This document shows, piece by piece, positions 10,404 to 23,638 of a stretch of DNA of 64,000 nt. A program made the translations under genes and the position numbers. Origin of the DNA: Oculina patagonica (taxonomy: Eukaryota); assembly GCF_052425735.1 (NCBI RefSeq), contig NC_135767.1, positions 14,570,001 through 14,634,000 on the forward strand. Direction: 5' to 3'. The notes under the pieces are model-generated. The model was not told the origin of the DNA and did no database searches. It saw only the letters and a program-made list of their open reading frames with translations. How positions within the stretch are numbered: position 1 is the stretch's first letter; every line of letters starts with the position of its first letter.

Positions 10404-12435
10404 TTTAAGCTGCACTATCTTTTGCCAAGGTAGGACAACTTTGATTCTGACGCGTTTGTCGAGCGAATCAAAAATGTCTTTGAATCAGTCATGGTATAAT
10501 AAATACGTTACATGGACATGGAACAGGAAATACTAAAAAAATGGGAGAAATGTATGGAAAATAATTTTGCTTTAATCTGAGTCAATAACATATCAAACGT
10601 GGCATAAAAGGCGAAAACAGCCTTTCTTGATAAGAATTTGTAGTCTACAAGAAAAATCTTTAAACTTCTAAATATACAATAATAAACGAATGTTGTATTC
10701 ATTGCTTGAGTAGACAAGACAAAAAGCTGACATTTATAGGGAGCGGTTTCAGAGCCACCTTAAATTTTCAAAAAAAAAATTATAAGGTGGCTCTGAGACC
10801 ACCTCGTAGAACTTTCTATCTTAACATGCTGATCAATGTTCAATAATAAAAAAAAATGGGGAAAAGATATCGATTTTGAGTTATAAGCAGTTAAAGTCAA
10901 AATTAAGGGTGTTTTCAACATGTTATACTGTTGCTATGGTGACCAGTGTCGTCAAGGAAAGAAACAGGCCCAACATATTCACCAATCATTGGGCATTCAT
11001 TTAATACCATTATTGTAGCATCAACTGATATAGATTTGTAGTACTGACAAAGGTCACAGACACCCCTCTGTAACAGACCCAGTGGATTATGAAAAGAATG
11101 ACTGTAAAAGAATCGTGCAAGGGGAGCCATGAAAAAAGATACAAGAGAATCTTGAAAAAAATCTTGCACAACCAGAAGGTAAAAAATATATATATCTTGC
11201 CGGAAAATTGCCCAACACCCATCAAAAAGTTATGATCCATTCCTTAATGCAAGGGAAGTGTAGAATTCGATCAAGCGCTAATTGATATTTACGTCATCAC
11301 TACTTGATTGGTTAGAAGCTCTAAAGACCCATTAAAACTCAGTATGTCGAAACTCCAATGAAATCTTTGTGGGATGACCGATGTTTTCAGCAATTTGCCA
11401 TAACCATCTTCGACAAAATAGACCGTTTGTAGTCTTTGCTCTTATTGCTGATATGAAGGATTTACCTCAGATGTATACTAATAATGTGTACAACCCAAAT
11501 AGAAACTTCGATAGCCTGGAGGCCGGCTTATCGAATTAACAATCTTGATCGGATGGTTGCGTCATCAATTTTTCATTGGTTAACAAAGCGGAAAAGCCGT
11601 CTCACTCGCCGTCTCAAAACGTCAAAACTTCATGGGGTGACAATAATGCTTTTAAATTGTAGATTTTATTTTTGGACTCATATTTGAAATAAAACTCATA
11701 AAAGTGGCAAATTGCAATTGAACGTAGCTAGATGCATTTGCATAAGTAAAGTTCTAAGCAAATAGCGTAAACATGCAGTGTCTATTAGACGGGGACAGAT
11801 GGTCGAAAGCCGCAACCTTTAAGTAAACCCGATAAAGTAACGCTTTTTCGATTTAGATCGTTAGAGATACCCTTTTGGGGTCAAATCATCTCCAGATTAA
11901 TAAAGCTGGGAAATGAAAGCCTAGTTCTGTATTCTAGGCTAGTCTATTTCAATCTCTTTAATGCGTCGATCTCTTTCAATACGTCATCCCTGTTTGTTTG
12001 GTTAGTTGAAAATAAAACTTGCGCCAAAAGAGTCATACTCGACATGTCAAAGCGTCAATCAATAATCTTTATTGAATGACTAAGGTTTTTAGCTTTATAA
12101 GATACTATATCATTTTTGTTTGAACAGATAACAAAAGTTTTGGCGATCAATACGGATGTGGATCATTTGTCTTAGCTTTTAAATCGAGATTTGAAAAAAA
12201 AAATAAGCGAATTTCCTGCAAGCCCAACTTATTGCATTAACCGAAATTGATACTTCTTTACATAGCAGTTGGAACTTATTTGGGTAAGTTCAGTAATGGG
12301 TAGAAATTGATCGATGCTTTTCAAGTAGTTGAAAACAGATGGTTGAAGGCAAAAGAACTTTTTGTCCGTCTTTTCAGTAAAACCCGCTCCTGATAATCAT
12401 CAAATCATTTTTACTCTCTGTATTGAAGCTGAAAA

Positions 12436-13296
12436 ATGGAAACCTGGTTCTGGATTCTCGGCTGGTTTCTTTCCATCCTGACGATGACTGGAAATGGATT
12501 TGTTATCTTCATTGTTTGCAGGAAAAGACAGCTTCGAACGAAAACCAACGCGTTCGTCGCTTCATTAGCAATAGCCGATTTCTGTGTGGGGATGAGCGCA
12601 GTGCCGCCACCGTTTTTGTGTAAGATGGCGAGTGGATGTGACTTAAAAGCGGTGTCTCAGTACAAAACGATAGCTACAGCCTTCACATGGGACGTGTTCG
12701 TGTACGCATCCGCCGTGAACTTGTGCAGTTTAGTACTGGATCGTTACATCGCCGTTGTGAAACCTTTAAGATACTTAACTTTTATGAGGCGACGCCGTGT
12801 CATTCTTATGATTTCCTTATCTTGGACAATCCCAGTTACTTTTACTGTGTTGGTAAGGTCACTCGAGTATAATTCAAAAGCCCTTTTTGTCATTAATATT
12901 GTCGGCTGGCTTTATACTGTTTTTGAGTTACTCTTGTGTGTTATTATAATCTTCTACGTTGCATCTATGTTACATATTGTTTGCAAGCACGGCCAATCTT
13001 CCCGCAGCCTAGCTAAACAGTTACGTTTTAACCATCGAGTTTTCTTTAAAACCCAGGAGAAGTCTGCGGTTAAGATGATGGCAGTTGTTGTTAGCTTGTT
13101 TCTTGTGTGTTTCGGACTTCTTTTGCACTGTAGTTTTGCGTCGTTATTTGGTTATCACAAAACATGTTTTAATTATATTCAATACAAATTCCTCCTTGTG
13201 GTTCTAAACTCCACCGTAAACCCTTTAGCTTACGCCGTCTTCAAGAGAGACATTAAGAGAGAATTGACAAGATTTATCTGTTCAGTGAGTCCGTAA
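12436..13296 (+). CDS. Class A orphan GPCR, subfamily B
   Basis: Intact 286-aa 7TM ORF with GN, SLAIADF, DRY, NPLAY. Confidence 0.92.
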   Translation: METWFWILGWFLSILTMTGNGFVIFIVCRKRQLRTKTNAFVASLAIADFCVGMSAVPPPFLCKMASGCDLKAVSQYKTIATAFTWDVFVYASAVNLCSLVLDRYIAVVKPLRYLTFMRRRRVILMISLSWTIPVTFTVLVRSLEYNSKALFVINIVGWLYTVFELLLCVIIIFYVASMLHIVCKHGQSSRSLAKQLRFNHRVFFKTQEKSAVKMMAVVVSLFLVCFGLLLHCSFASLFGYHKTCFNYIQYKFLLVVLNSTVNPLAYAVFKRDIKRELTRFICSVSP

Positions 13297-13721
13297 CTAA
13301 GTTTCAGTTATTTAAGAGGCAACATCTTGCTTGTTTTTGTGAAGGTAGCTTCACATCAAATCTAGCGAAACTTTTCTAGTGAATCGTCGCTGGAAATGGT
13401 CATGGTATGATAAATACTTTACATGGAAAATGAACAGAAAATACTAAAAAAATATCTAATGTAAAATATATTTGCTAGAACAAAGTCAAAAGCTTAAAAG
13501 GTAAAACAGTCGTTCTTTCCCAGGACTTTGTAAGTACTAGCTGGATAAGTATATTTGTGCTTCTAAATAAATGGCTTAAACAAATGTTGTATTCGATCTT
13601 TCCTTGAGTTTGCGCGACGTTTGTTTCTCCCAACGCCCACTTCTAGAAAGCTATACTTTTCATCCAAACACATTTTTTTTTTCACCACCATACCTCTTCC
13701 TCTCTTCAGTATAGCTGAAAT

Positions 13722-13969
13722 ATAAAACCTGGTTCTAGATTCTTGGCTGTTTTTTTTTTTTTCATTCTGACGATGACTGAAAATGGATCAATTGTCTTCC
13801 GATCGTATGCAGAAAACGGCAGCTTTGCACCGAAACCAACGCGTTCGTCGTTTCATTAGCAGTGGCTGATTTCTTTGTGGGCTTGAACGCAGTTCCTTCA
13901 CAGTTCTTCAACAAGATGGCGACTGGATGCAACTCGCAAGGACTACTAGCTGACGGTAATAACTATAAT
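13722..13969 (+). pseudogene. GPCR 5' fragment (TM1 to ECL1), subfamily A
   Basis: ATA in place of ATG, TAG stop, frameshifts; retains ACCAACGCGTTCGTCGTTTCATTAGCAGTGGCTGAT and CTAGCTGACGGT; followed by repeat sequence. Confidence 0.88.
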
Positions 13970-14806
13970 ATATAGATTAAGGCAAGCCTACAAACGGAGC
14001 TCCCCAGTCATTTGCCTTTTATACTTTTTAAACTGATTTTTATTCATGATATTTTCTTTATATAATATGCATCCCTTCTTACCATGAACAACAGCATCAG
14101 AGTTTAAAAAATGATCAATCAAAAACGGATTATCATCTAGCAGTTTGTGAATAACCTCCCAAATATAAACTATTAGTGTAATTTTACAGAGGTGAATTCA
14201 ATTCTGATTGGTCGAGAAACTCGGACTATGTCGCAATATTCACCGCGCTAGGCGGTGAATATAGCATCTCAAGGTTTGGCTACTAAGCCATGCCACGTTT
14301 GCCATTCAGGCCAGTGAACATGGCGGCATTTGCGGAATGTAAATTTCTCTCATTTAAAATAAATCACTCCAAATCCTGGATATTTGAAACATTGGGAATT
14401 TTGCAAATTTAGTACCAAGGCTTTTGGACCTAAAATATTTCAAGAGATGGTTTTCAAGGCATAAGAATTGATCGCAAACATGGTGGTTGTGGAGATCGCA
14501 CACGGCCATGTACTCAGTCAGATCGACTGTCAAAACATTATTTAGTTCTCTTCTCACTGGAGCTAGTAATTTCGAGAGGATTCACACAGTTGCTCAGAAT
14601 CCACCAACGATTAAAAAAAGGTACCGGATATCTATCTTTTTCGTAGTGTCTGTTTTGTTCCGTTTTATTGCTAAAACTTGAGTGTAAATTATGATTTCAA
14701 TCGATAAATTAGATTTGTTTGGACAGTTTTGGATTATTGTGCAAACATTTTTTCTTTAAAAAAAGAACGAAAGAAGTTAGCTTTTTTGCAGGGCCGTCGA
14801 TAAAAG

Positions 14807-14872
14807 CCGGAACATGAACATTCCGGAAAACCCCGGAACATTCCGGAACATCCGGGAAAATCCCGGAACATG
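14807..14872 (+). repeat. 10-bp minisatellite (CCGGAACATN-like) inside a ~285-bp insert flanked by ~70-bp direct repeats
   Basis: ttccggaaaa ccccggaaca ttccggaaca tccgggaaaa tcccggaaca; flanking repeats ~14720-14790 and ~15076-15147. Confidence 0.7.
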
Positions 14873-15602
14873 AAAAACTATATTAAAAATTTATATAACG
14901 ATCTATAAAAATTCCAGAAATATTGAAAGAAGTTAAAAAAAAAGTAACGAAAGAAATAACCAAAAAGAAAAAAAAAGAGAAAAGAGAATAATAGTGTGTT
15001 AAATAATTCCAGGTACCCTATGACTGCCACTCCCGATATGAATCCAGCACCGACTGAGGTTAATTAAATTTGCTTGGTCAGTTTTGGATTATTGTGCAAA
15101 CATTTTTTCTTTAAACAAAGAACGAAAAATGTTAACTTTTTTGCAGTGCAAAATTTCCTAACGAAACCATGTCCCTTGACTTTTGCTTTAATGCTTATAA
15201 CTCAAAAACGAGCTCTATGACTCTCTTTTTTATTATTAAGTAATGATGTAAAGATGTAACTTTTTGCAAAGTTAGAAAAAATCTCTACGGAGCGATTTCA
15301 GAGCCAGTTTAAAAAGCCATACTATATATTTTCCTTATGTTCAAACAACACATAATTACATCCGTTTTCCTGAGTGTTACGTAAATAGCGTCTTTCTATC
15401 GACATCCATCTTTGGACGTGCTGAAGAAACAAGCAGCTATTTTGACATGTTATGACGCAATTCATCGTCACTAAGGATTGACTCCATGATTAACATTGGC
15501 GTCAATTTATTCAACCTACAGAAAACCTCCAATAAAACTTAAGAAATGACAGGTCTAACCGGTAGATAAAGACATTAAAGAAGAAGGGATGCATGGCGGT
15601 TA

Positions 15603-15795
15603 GGGACGGACCATTATTTTCTTGGAGGGGGGGGGGGGGATGAAAAAGTTTTCCTCTGCAAACATTTTTTTTAGTTTATGCACCTCTTGCAAACATTTTT
15701 TTCGAAATTCTTACTATTTTTTGTTATACGTATCGTGCAAACAATTTTTTTCAATATTTTTCATCCCCTCCCTCCAAAAAAAAATGGTCCGTCCC
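15603..15795. mobile_element. PIF/Harbinger-type MITE
   Basis: TIR GGGACGGACCATT...AATGGTCCGTCCC, TTA target duplication. Confidence 0.85.
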
Positions 15796-16985
15796 TTACG
15801 TCATCACTGACTGCCTCGTCATAAGTTAAGAAAACCAATTAAAAGATGCCAAATTTTGTATGTCAAAACGTCAATCATATATTATTTTTATGGAAAGACT
15901 TTTTCATTTTTAGATGCCATTTAGTCCATTTAGTTTCATATGAAGAGATGTCACGCTTTGTTATTTTTTGTTCTAATGGATCAGTCGCTTCATTATTTCA
16001 AACACTTTAATCAAAAAAAAAAAAAAACACACAAATTGGCCAGCAATGCACAGACAATAAATAGCTATTATAATTATCCTTCGTCAAATTCGGTCATTGG
16101 AACACAAACAGGAACAAGTATTGGAGACCAGGTGCTGCTTAAAGCAATCCTCATATAAACTCGATAATGTGGTCTTCATGCATAATTATTATATTAGGCC
16201 AAAGCTCTGACCTCTAATAGAAAATTGAAAGCTTGTTTTGAATTTTCATTCGTTTCCTGTTACCTTAATAGAAAGTTAAATGAAAATAATCGGCGATGAC
16301 CAAAAAAGTAGCTGTTTGTTTGCTTAATGTCATTTACATATATGGTGAATAAGTCAAGAAAATTATAATATTAACAAGGCGTTTCAGCTGTAGACGTTAT
16401 ACAATTTTTTATTGAAATAATAACAAGAAAAAAGTTTCGCTAACGTTTGTTGTAATATGAAAAATTTGCCTCAGTTTCTCAACCACAAAGGAAAAATAAC
16501 CGAACTTTACCAGCAATGCCCAACTGACGAAAACGTGGTCAGACGACATTTACATAAGTGAGCAAAACGGAAATACGTTAATAAGACGACCAGATGGCAA
16601 AAATTAACCTTTATAAAAGCACGGTAAAATAACGCTTTTTCGTTGTTTTGAAATACATGTTCTTGACCATCATCAAGATAAGAAAAAAATCTCTCGTCAC
16701 CGAAGCTTGACGTAAAATCTTCACGAGGTGACAATGACGCTTTTTAGCTGTAATTGTTTTTGGACTCTTATTTGCAATCAGTCTCATGATAGCAGCAACA
16801 GGCAATTGAACGACGTTAAATGCATTTGCATAAGTAAAGTTCTTAACAAAAAGGGAAAGGAAGGGTCTAATAGATTGACCAGATGGTTTGAAGCAATCTT
16901 TAAATAAGTACGATAGAATACCGCTTTTTCGATCTTTAGGGATACCCATATTTATTCATCGTCATCTCTACAGTGTAGCTGGAAA

Positions 16986-17816
16986 ATGGAAACCTGGTTC
17001 TGGATTCTCGGCTGGTTTCTTTCCATCCTGACGATGACTGGAAACGGAATTATCATCTTCATTGTTTGCAGAAAACGGCAGCTTCGCACCAAAACCAACG
17101 CGTTCGTCGTTTCATTAGCAGTAGCTGATTTCTGTGTGGGGATGATCTCATTTCCGACACGGTTCTTCTGCGAGGTGTTTGGTGAGTGCAACTGGCCGAT
17201 ATATTTCTTCAGGGGGCTGTTTGTGTACGCATCCGCCACAAACTTGTGCAGTTTAGTACTGGATCGCTACATGGCCGTTGCAAAACCTTTAACTTACTTG
17301 ACTTTTATGAAACGCCGCCGTGTTATTCAAATGATTTCATTATCTTGGGTAATCCCAGTTGTTTTTAGTGTTCTTGTTACATCACGAGTCTGGTTTAACT
17401 TACATACACCAGTTATTGATAATATTGTCGGCTGGCTCTATACAGTATTTGAGTTACTCTTGTGTGCCATTGTTATCTTTTGCTTCGCATCAATGGTACA
17501 TGTTGTTTGCAAGCACGCCCGATCAGCCCGTATATTAGCCAAACAGTTACGTTTTAATCATCACGCTTTGCTTAAAACTCAGGACACGTCCGCGGTTAAA
17601 ATGATGGCAATTGTGGTAGGTTTGTTTCTCTTGTGTTACGGAATAGCTTTGCGCTGTAACTTTGTGTACTATCTTGGCAACCAGACACCATGTAATGATC
17701 TCCGATACAAGGTACCTATTCAGGTTTTGAACTCAGCCGTTAATCCGTTAGCTTACGCTATCTTTAAAAGAGATATTAAGAAAGAGTTCAAAAGACTTCT
17801 GTGGAAGAGTAACTAA
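16986..17816 (+). CDS. Class A orphan GPCR, subfamily C (short ECL1)
   Basis: Intact 276-aa ORF with DRY and NSAVNPLAY. Confidence 0.92.
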   Translation: METWFWILGWFLSILTMTGNGIIIFIVCRKRQLRTKTNAFVVSLAVADFCVGMISFPTRFFCEVFGECNWPIYFFRGLFVYASATNLCSLVLDRYMAVAKPLTYLTFMKRRRVIQMISLSWVIPVVFSVLVTSRVWFNLHTPVIDNIVGWLYTVFELLLCAIVIFCFASMVHVVCKHARSARILAKQLRFNHHALLKTQDTSAVKMMAIVVGLFLLCYGIALRCNFVYYLGNQTPCNDLRYKVPIQVLNSAVNPLAYAIFKRDIKKEFKRLLWKSN

Positions 17817-20550
17817 CTTATTAAGTATCGATTTAACATGTCGCAAATTGTTTTACTTAGCTTATCTAGGGAACTAGCGAACCTCTTGAGTTACTCGTAT
17901 GTATTTCCCAACTTCATCGTCATATTTAACTATTAAAAAAATAGAAAGAAAGAAAATTTAATCAATTAGGCATCACAGGCAGCGCAAAGAGTACTATGTG
18001 TGGGAATCGAAGTTGTGGATAGTCTATTTTACACATATCAAGTGTGTACTTTGCGAAACAAAACTGACGAGATCTTCTCCCCTTACTATTCGGTGGCCTA
18101 GCTCACCTTATTTTTAACTAACTGATCGATACGAGTCATTTGTGGTTCGCACTTAAAACACTCACGTGGACCGTAGTATTGAGTTTTACAACGGGCAGAT
18201 GAGTGACTGTATAACAGCCTATGTAATCATGGTGCTCTTAGGTGTTCCAGAAAAACTTATTTGAAACTCCATAGTGCCTTTAAAAGAATGCAATGCTGTG
18301 TAATTCCATAATCGAAAGATAATATGGCATTAAATAAAATATTAAAATGAAATGACTGATCATGATGTTTACAGCTTCAGACGTAACAAACAAATATATT
18401 AGATTTCAAGCTTAAAATATTGCAGTCATTGATTGAAATGAGAAGAATTAACCTCTGTTTTCAACAATGTACATTAATTTGTGACACTAGAATTCAGACA
18501 AGAAATGCAAAGACAAATTACCCGAATTGAATGGCAGGCGTGAAAGTCAAAGTGGCTGCGTCTTGCATCACTCTTTAATTGGCCATAAAAGAAAACCATT
18601 AAAAAGATGTCATTTTTAAATCAAGATATGACACATGACATGACATGAAAACATGATCCGTTCATTGCCATAAGAGGGATCATTGCCTATCTCTTAATTG
18701 TTGGTATTGATATGGTTCAAACAGACCTCCAATTGGAAATATCGAAATGAATGAGGGGCGTAAAAGTGAATCAAGCGCTAATTTGTAGTTACGCCATAAC
18801 CTCTTGATTGGTTAGAAGCTCTGAAAACCCATTAAATGTCAAACTCGGCATGTCAAAGCGCCACTATAAATCTTTATCGCCTGACTGATGTTCTCAGCTA
18901 ATTTTATTTCAGTTAAAGACAACAAGGGCAAATGAGAAGCAACTTTTTTTTCAAAAATAACCATCTGCGACAAGAAATGCTTTTAAACGGTGTTTGGTCG
19001 CGAATTTTATAGTTAAAAAAGGAAACCTTGCTCGTATTAATGATATGAAGGATTTACCTCAGATTTAACTAACAGTGCGTGTAAAACAAAAAGAAACGCC
19101 GGCATGGAGTTATCTGACTTGGCCTGGAGGGCGTCATCGCTGTTTGATTGGTTAAAAGAAAAAACCCTACTAAGACAGTCATACTCTTCATGTCAGAACG
19201 TCACTCAAATGTCTTTATGGGGCGACTTATGTTTTTAGATTTTAAAGATACTTTACCATTTTTATTTGAATTAAAAAGAACGGAAGTTTTACCGAGCAAT
19301 GTGGATGTGAAAAATTTGCCATAGCTTTTAATATGTGATTCGAAAAATGAGCTAATATTTCTGCAAGCCCATTACTGATGACATCGACCGATATCACTTA
19401 ATTATTTACATACAAGTGGAGCGTGTGCGTAGTTAGATGATATTTTAATAAGTTAAGTTCGTAATAAGTAAAAATTAAACAATGCATTACAATTAGTTGA
19501 GACCAGATGGTTATAAAACAACATTTATATAAAAATGATAAAACGACGCCTCGACGCTCTTTTGAAATACGCGTTCCTGTTCATCATCAAGATAACTTGA
19601 AATCACTACAGTGTAGCTGAAAAATGGAATCCTGGTTCTGGATTCTCAGTTGGTCTCTTTCCATTCTGACGATGACTGGAAATGGATTTGTTATTTTTAC
19701 TGTTTGCAGGAAGCGAAAGCTTCGAACGAAAACCAACGCGTTCATCGTTTCATTAGCTGTGGCTGATATCTGTGTGGGCACGAGCTTGGTTCCGTCGCTG
19801 TTCTTCTGCGAGAAAAGTGGGTACAACTCACAAGGTGTATTTTACAAAGTGGCATTCTCCATATGTGAGTTGTTTACGTTCGAATCCGCTGTTAACTTGT
19901 GCAGTTTAGTACTGGATCGCTACATGGCTGTTGTGAAACCTTTTAAATACCTGACTTTTATAAAGCGCTGCCGTGTTGTTCAAACGATTTCCTTTTCTTA
20001 GACAACTTCTGCTACTTTTACTGTGTTTGTTAAGTCACGCTAGGATTTTTCCCGCCTTTTCCGGCCAGAAATCTGTCCACATTCCTTTTCGACGCCATAT
20101 TGGCCGAGTAACAACCCAATAAGGGGACTGGTGAGGAGCAGAAATGAAGGCCCTTTGAGGCTTCTGGGTAGCTCATAGCGCGGTAAAATTAGAATAAACA
20201 GACCAAGCTCCTCGAAAGCTTTTTTTGATACCAAACTTGCCATAGTTGTCGAACAAATTTTTTTCAAGTCTCGGGAAAGACAAGCATACTTGGCGTTATT
20301 TTGGGACCGATTTTGACTCTGTTTGTAAGATTAAACGTAAAGGAGAGCGAACAACAGCAAGGAAAGAAGCCATATATATTTTTGTAATGGTAAGGATTGT
20401 TCGATTCATTTTTAATTTCTGCTCTTTTTGATGAAATTAATTTTTTTCTGTCTACTTCCGACCGTGATCGGTTCGATGCGTTGCAAGGCACTCCTCATTC
20501 ATACAGACATGGGATGCCTGATAAAATGAATAAATGAGAAAATCACCACG

Positions 20551-22900
20551 ATGGGTCGAAGAAAAGGACAAAATCGTCGATTCCTAAATTGTAAAAGAAA
20601 AGCGCCGGAAAGAAAAAGTTAAAGCAGAAGTGAAGCGACTCCAGTAGGTAGGATAAACACCTAATTATATATTATATAATTATTTTACTTTTTTAGATTT
20701 TTTTTTTTAATCGTTTTATCCTAAAGGTTAACGGGTTGTGATCAAGAGCCAAGGTTAGCCAATATATTTTTAGTTCTCTTGAATTTTATTTTGCTACAAG
20801 TCCACTAAAGTGATTGGTTTTTTTTTTTTTTTATTGTTTTTTTTTGTCCTCTTTACAATTAGGGTATGAGAATAATTCGTTTATAAAAGGAAGGAATCCA
20901 ACCGACCGAAGTGAGAATCTGGCCCTGACCGCAGTTCCAGAAGGAGGTGTAAGAGACCCTTAAGGTTGCCCAAGCCCCATGGAGCCCTGACAACAGCTTC
21001 CTGCCTATGAAGGCATCATGCTGCCCTTAATACAAACTGTCAGTTCCAGAATTAACCAATATGATTAAGAAATGCCCCAAGTTTGTGAAGGTTACCAAGG
21101 GTTGTGAAAGATAAAAAAGTGAAGAGTGATGCAATTTATTAATTTTGTACAGGGGGAAGAAGTAAACAAAAATACATTCAATTAGTCATCCCTCTCAATG
21201 TGTGAATGAAACTGGCAAGGGGAGAAAGCACATAGAGTTTATGAAGAGCATTCAGTTCCTAGATTGCTTTCTTATCAGAAATTAATGGAAAGGGTTAACA
21301 AAATTGATATTGTGAATTAATGATGTGCAGAAATTCTTTTTATGGGCTTGATGAAGAAGACAAGGTAGATGGGAATTTAGGAGCCTTATTCAACTTTTTA
21401 AGAATGGCTAGTTTTTACCTTAAGGCAAACAAATACAGAGTAGATAAGCTTGACTGGTTTGGGGAGGGTGTGGTTCATTCAAAGTTGCTATTGGGGGAGA
21501 TGGAGCACATTTGGTAAGGATGACCAAGCTATAGCTTGGCTAGTCAGTTTTCTCAATTGTAGGAAGCGTTTGTAGCCCTGCAGAAAATTTTTTTTGTTTG
21601 GGGCAAATTGCTCTGAAGACTGTGAACCTCTTCGTAGATATGTAATTCTGCTGAGGGAGGAAATGACTGCCATTGAGGGGACTTCATACCCTTTAGAAGT
21701 AGACGGAAAACAGGTGAGTGTTTCCTCAGTTTGAACTACTTCCCAATGATATGAAATATGGCATTTCTGGGGGTGAACTTACCATTTCTGCATTGTATTT
21801 TTCTCCCTTTGCAAATGTCTGCAAGAGTGAAATTAACTATCTCCAGGGAACTTTTGGTCTTACACCTGACAAGAAATGGAAACCTTGGAAATACAGTGAT
21901 CGGTTGAAAGTAGCTGATGCAGTGGCCAAAAAGAAAGAGGAATTAGTTAATTCACCATTAAGGCCCAGTACAAAACGAGATAAGATCACTTCTCTTATTT
22001 CCCAGAAAAAATCCAGGCAAGAGTTTCCTCCCCTTGTTGGTAAATTCATTGACAAATCCAAAGCAGAGCCACTCCACCTGAAAAATAATGCTTGGCAGCA
22101 CTGGAATTTATCTTGTTGAAGTATGCACTGTATGTAGTAACCTTGGCAGTTGTCAGTCAATTCTTGATGTTCCTGCCAACAGTTGTTTTGGTAAGTATTA
22201 TCATAGTATACGATTTGTATGAAAGCAACAAGGTTGGCAAAAAAGGTGAGGAAATGGTTTGCTGATGGGAGAGATAAAAACAAAGATCTGGACTATAGAT
22301 TTACAGGTAAGGAGTCTCGCCTCTTTTGTCATTACTTTATGTCAATTATTCAAAGTCTTAGGACTGACTCAGACCAACAGAGTCATACATTTCAGTTGCA
22401 TGTTTTGCCTTCACAGCAATAAATCTCAGAGATGCAGTTTCCCTTTTTAGCAGGGTTTCTCTCTCAAATGAACAGGTTCAGAGCCTTCAGCAAGTTTGCT
22501 CTAACTACTTCAGAGCTACAGCACTCTTTATGACCAGTAAGCCAACCACCTGGACAATTGTCATGTTGTTCCCCTTCATGCCAAAATTCACCAAAAGCTG
22601 GGGAGGGTTGAAATACCATGGAGGGAAGAGAGGCCAAAATGTTACCTTGTAAATTTACTCATAACACCCAGTTTAGTAAAGGTGGAAAAGTAAAATGAGT
22701 TTCTATTTTTGTTAGGGAGAATGGTGGAAAATTTCATAAGGACACAGTGGGGTTTATGTACCTAAAAGGTGTAGTACACCAAATTTTGTATGTGGGGAAC
22801 CAAAAGGTTGCTAGCAAAATGATTTTTTGTGACCCACTTAGGGGCATATTTAAATGTAGTGGAAGGGAAAATAAGTATGCAGCAAAAGGAGTGTTAGTTA
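20551..22900 (+). pseudogene. Frameshifted DDE transposase, RAG1/Transib-like; 5' part probably intron-containing; boundaries approximate
   Basis: Motifs across frames: KVAIGGDGA (D at 21499), WLVSFLN, FGANCSE, ELLPNDMK (D at 21748), AEPLHLKNNAW, RFTGKESR, WTI(G)HVVPLH, NTMEGREAK (E at 22630); basic N-terminus MGRRKGQNRRF followed by GT..AG intron-like AT-rich blocks. Confidence 0.7.
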
Positions 22901-23638
22901 TTAAAATAAGGTTTTTTATATTTACGCCAGTTTCAGCAGTCAATATTTTTTTTAGTCAAAATTTTTTGACAATTAATAATAAGTAACAGAATAAGCCAAT
23001 TTTTTTATTTATTTTTAATATTTTTTTTGTTTAAAAAACTCCTTGAAGGCAGTTTCCATTTTATTAAAGGAATAAGAGAATATGCAGGCATGTAATAAGA
23101 GCCAGGCTGGGAGGAAAAAAATGAAATCAAGTTGCCCATTGGGCCAGTAATTACTAGCCAAATAGGTGTGCAATGTTCATGCCTTACAACTATATATTTA
23201 CTAGGTGAAGTTATCATGATCATATGATAGTGATAGACTATAAAAGTGGACAAAGCATGCTTGGATTTAAATTAATCCATGCTTTCAACTCATTTTTTCT
23301 CATTGCAGTTATAAGTTTTGAAATAATTTTTATTGAAATTATCACTAACAAGACTACTGAGGCAAATTTCATTGCATTTTAACTTCCCAAACTTACTTTC
23401 AAATTTACTTTCCCAGCCAATCGGAAATAGGTTTTTTTCCTACCCTGCCAAGAGTTGAAATTTTTTATTATTATTATAAGAACTGGAAATGAATGTATTA
23501 ATCAATTCTACAGAGGGATATAGTTGTACATTTCATACACTGATATTAAATGAAATAAACAATAGGGGGCTTTGCATCCCTTCAATGATGATATAGCAAA
23601 CAAATAAAGTTATTATTATGCTGACAACATGTGTAAAT

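Noticed and set aside
14807-14872. CRISPR-like array (also 59210-59335 and 24948-25004)
   Set aside because: 10-17-bp tandem units without unique spacers, no cas genes, eukaryotic context.
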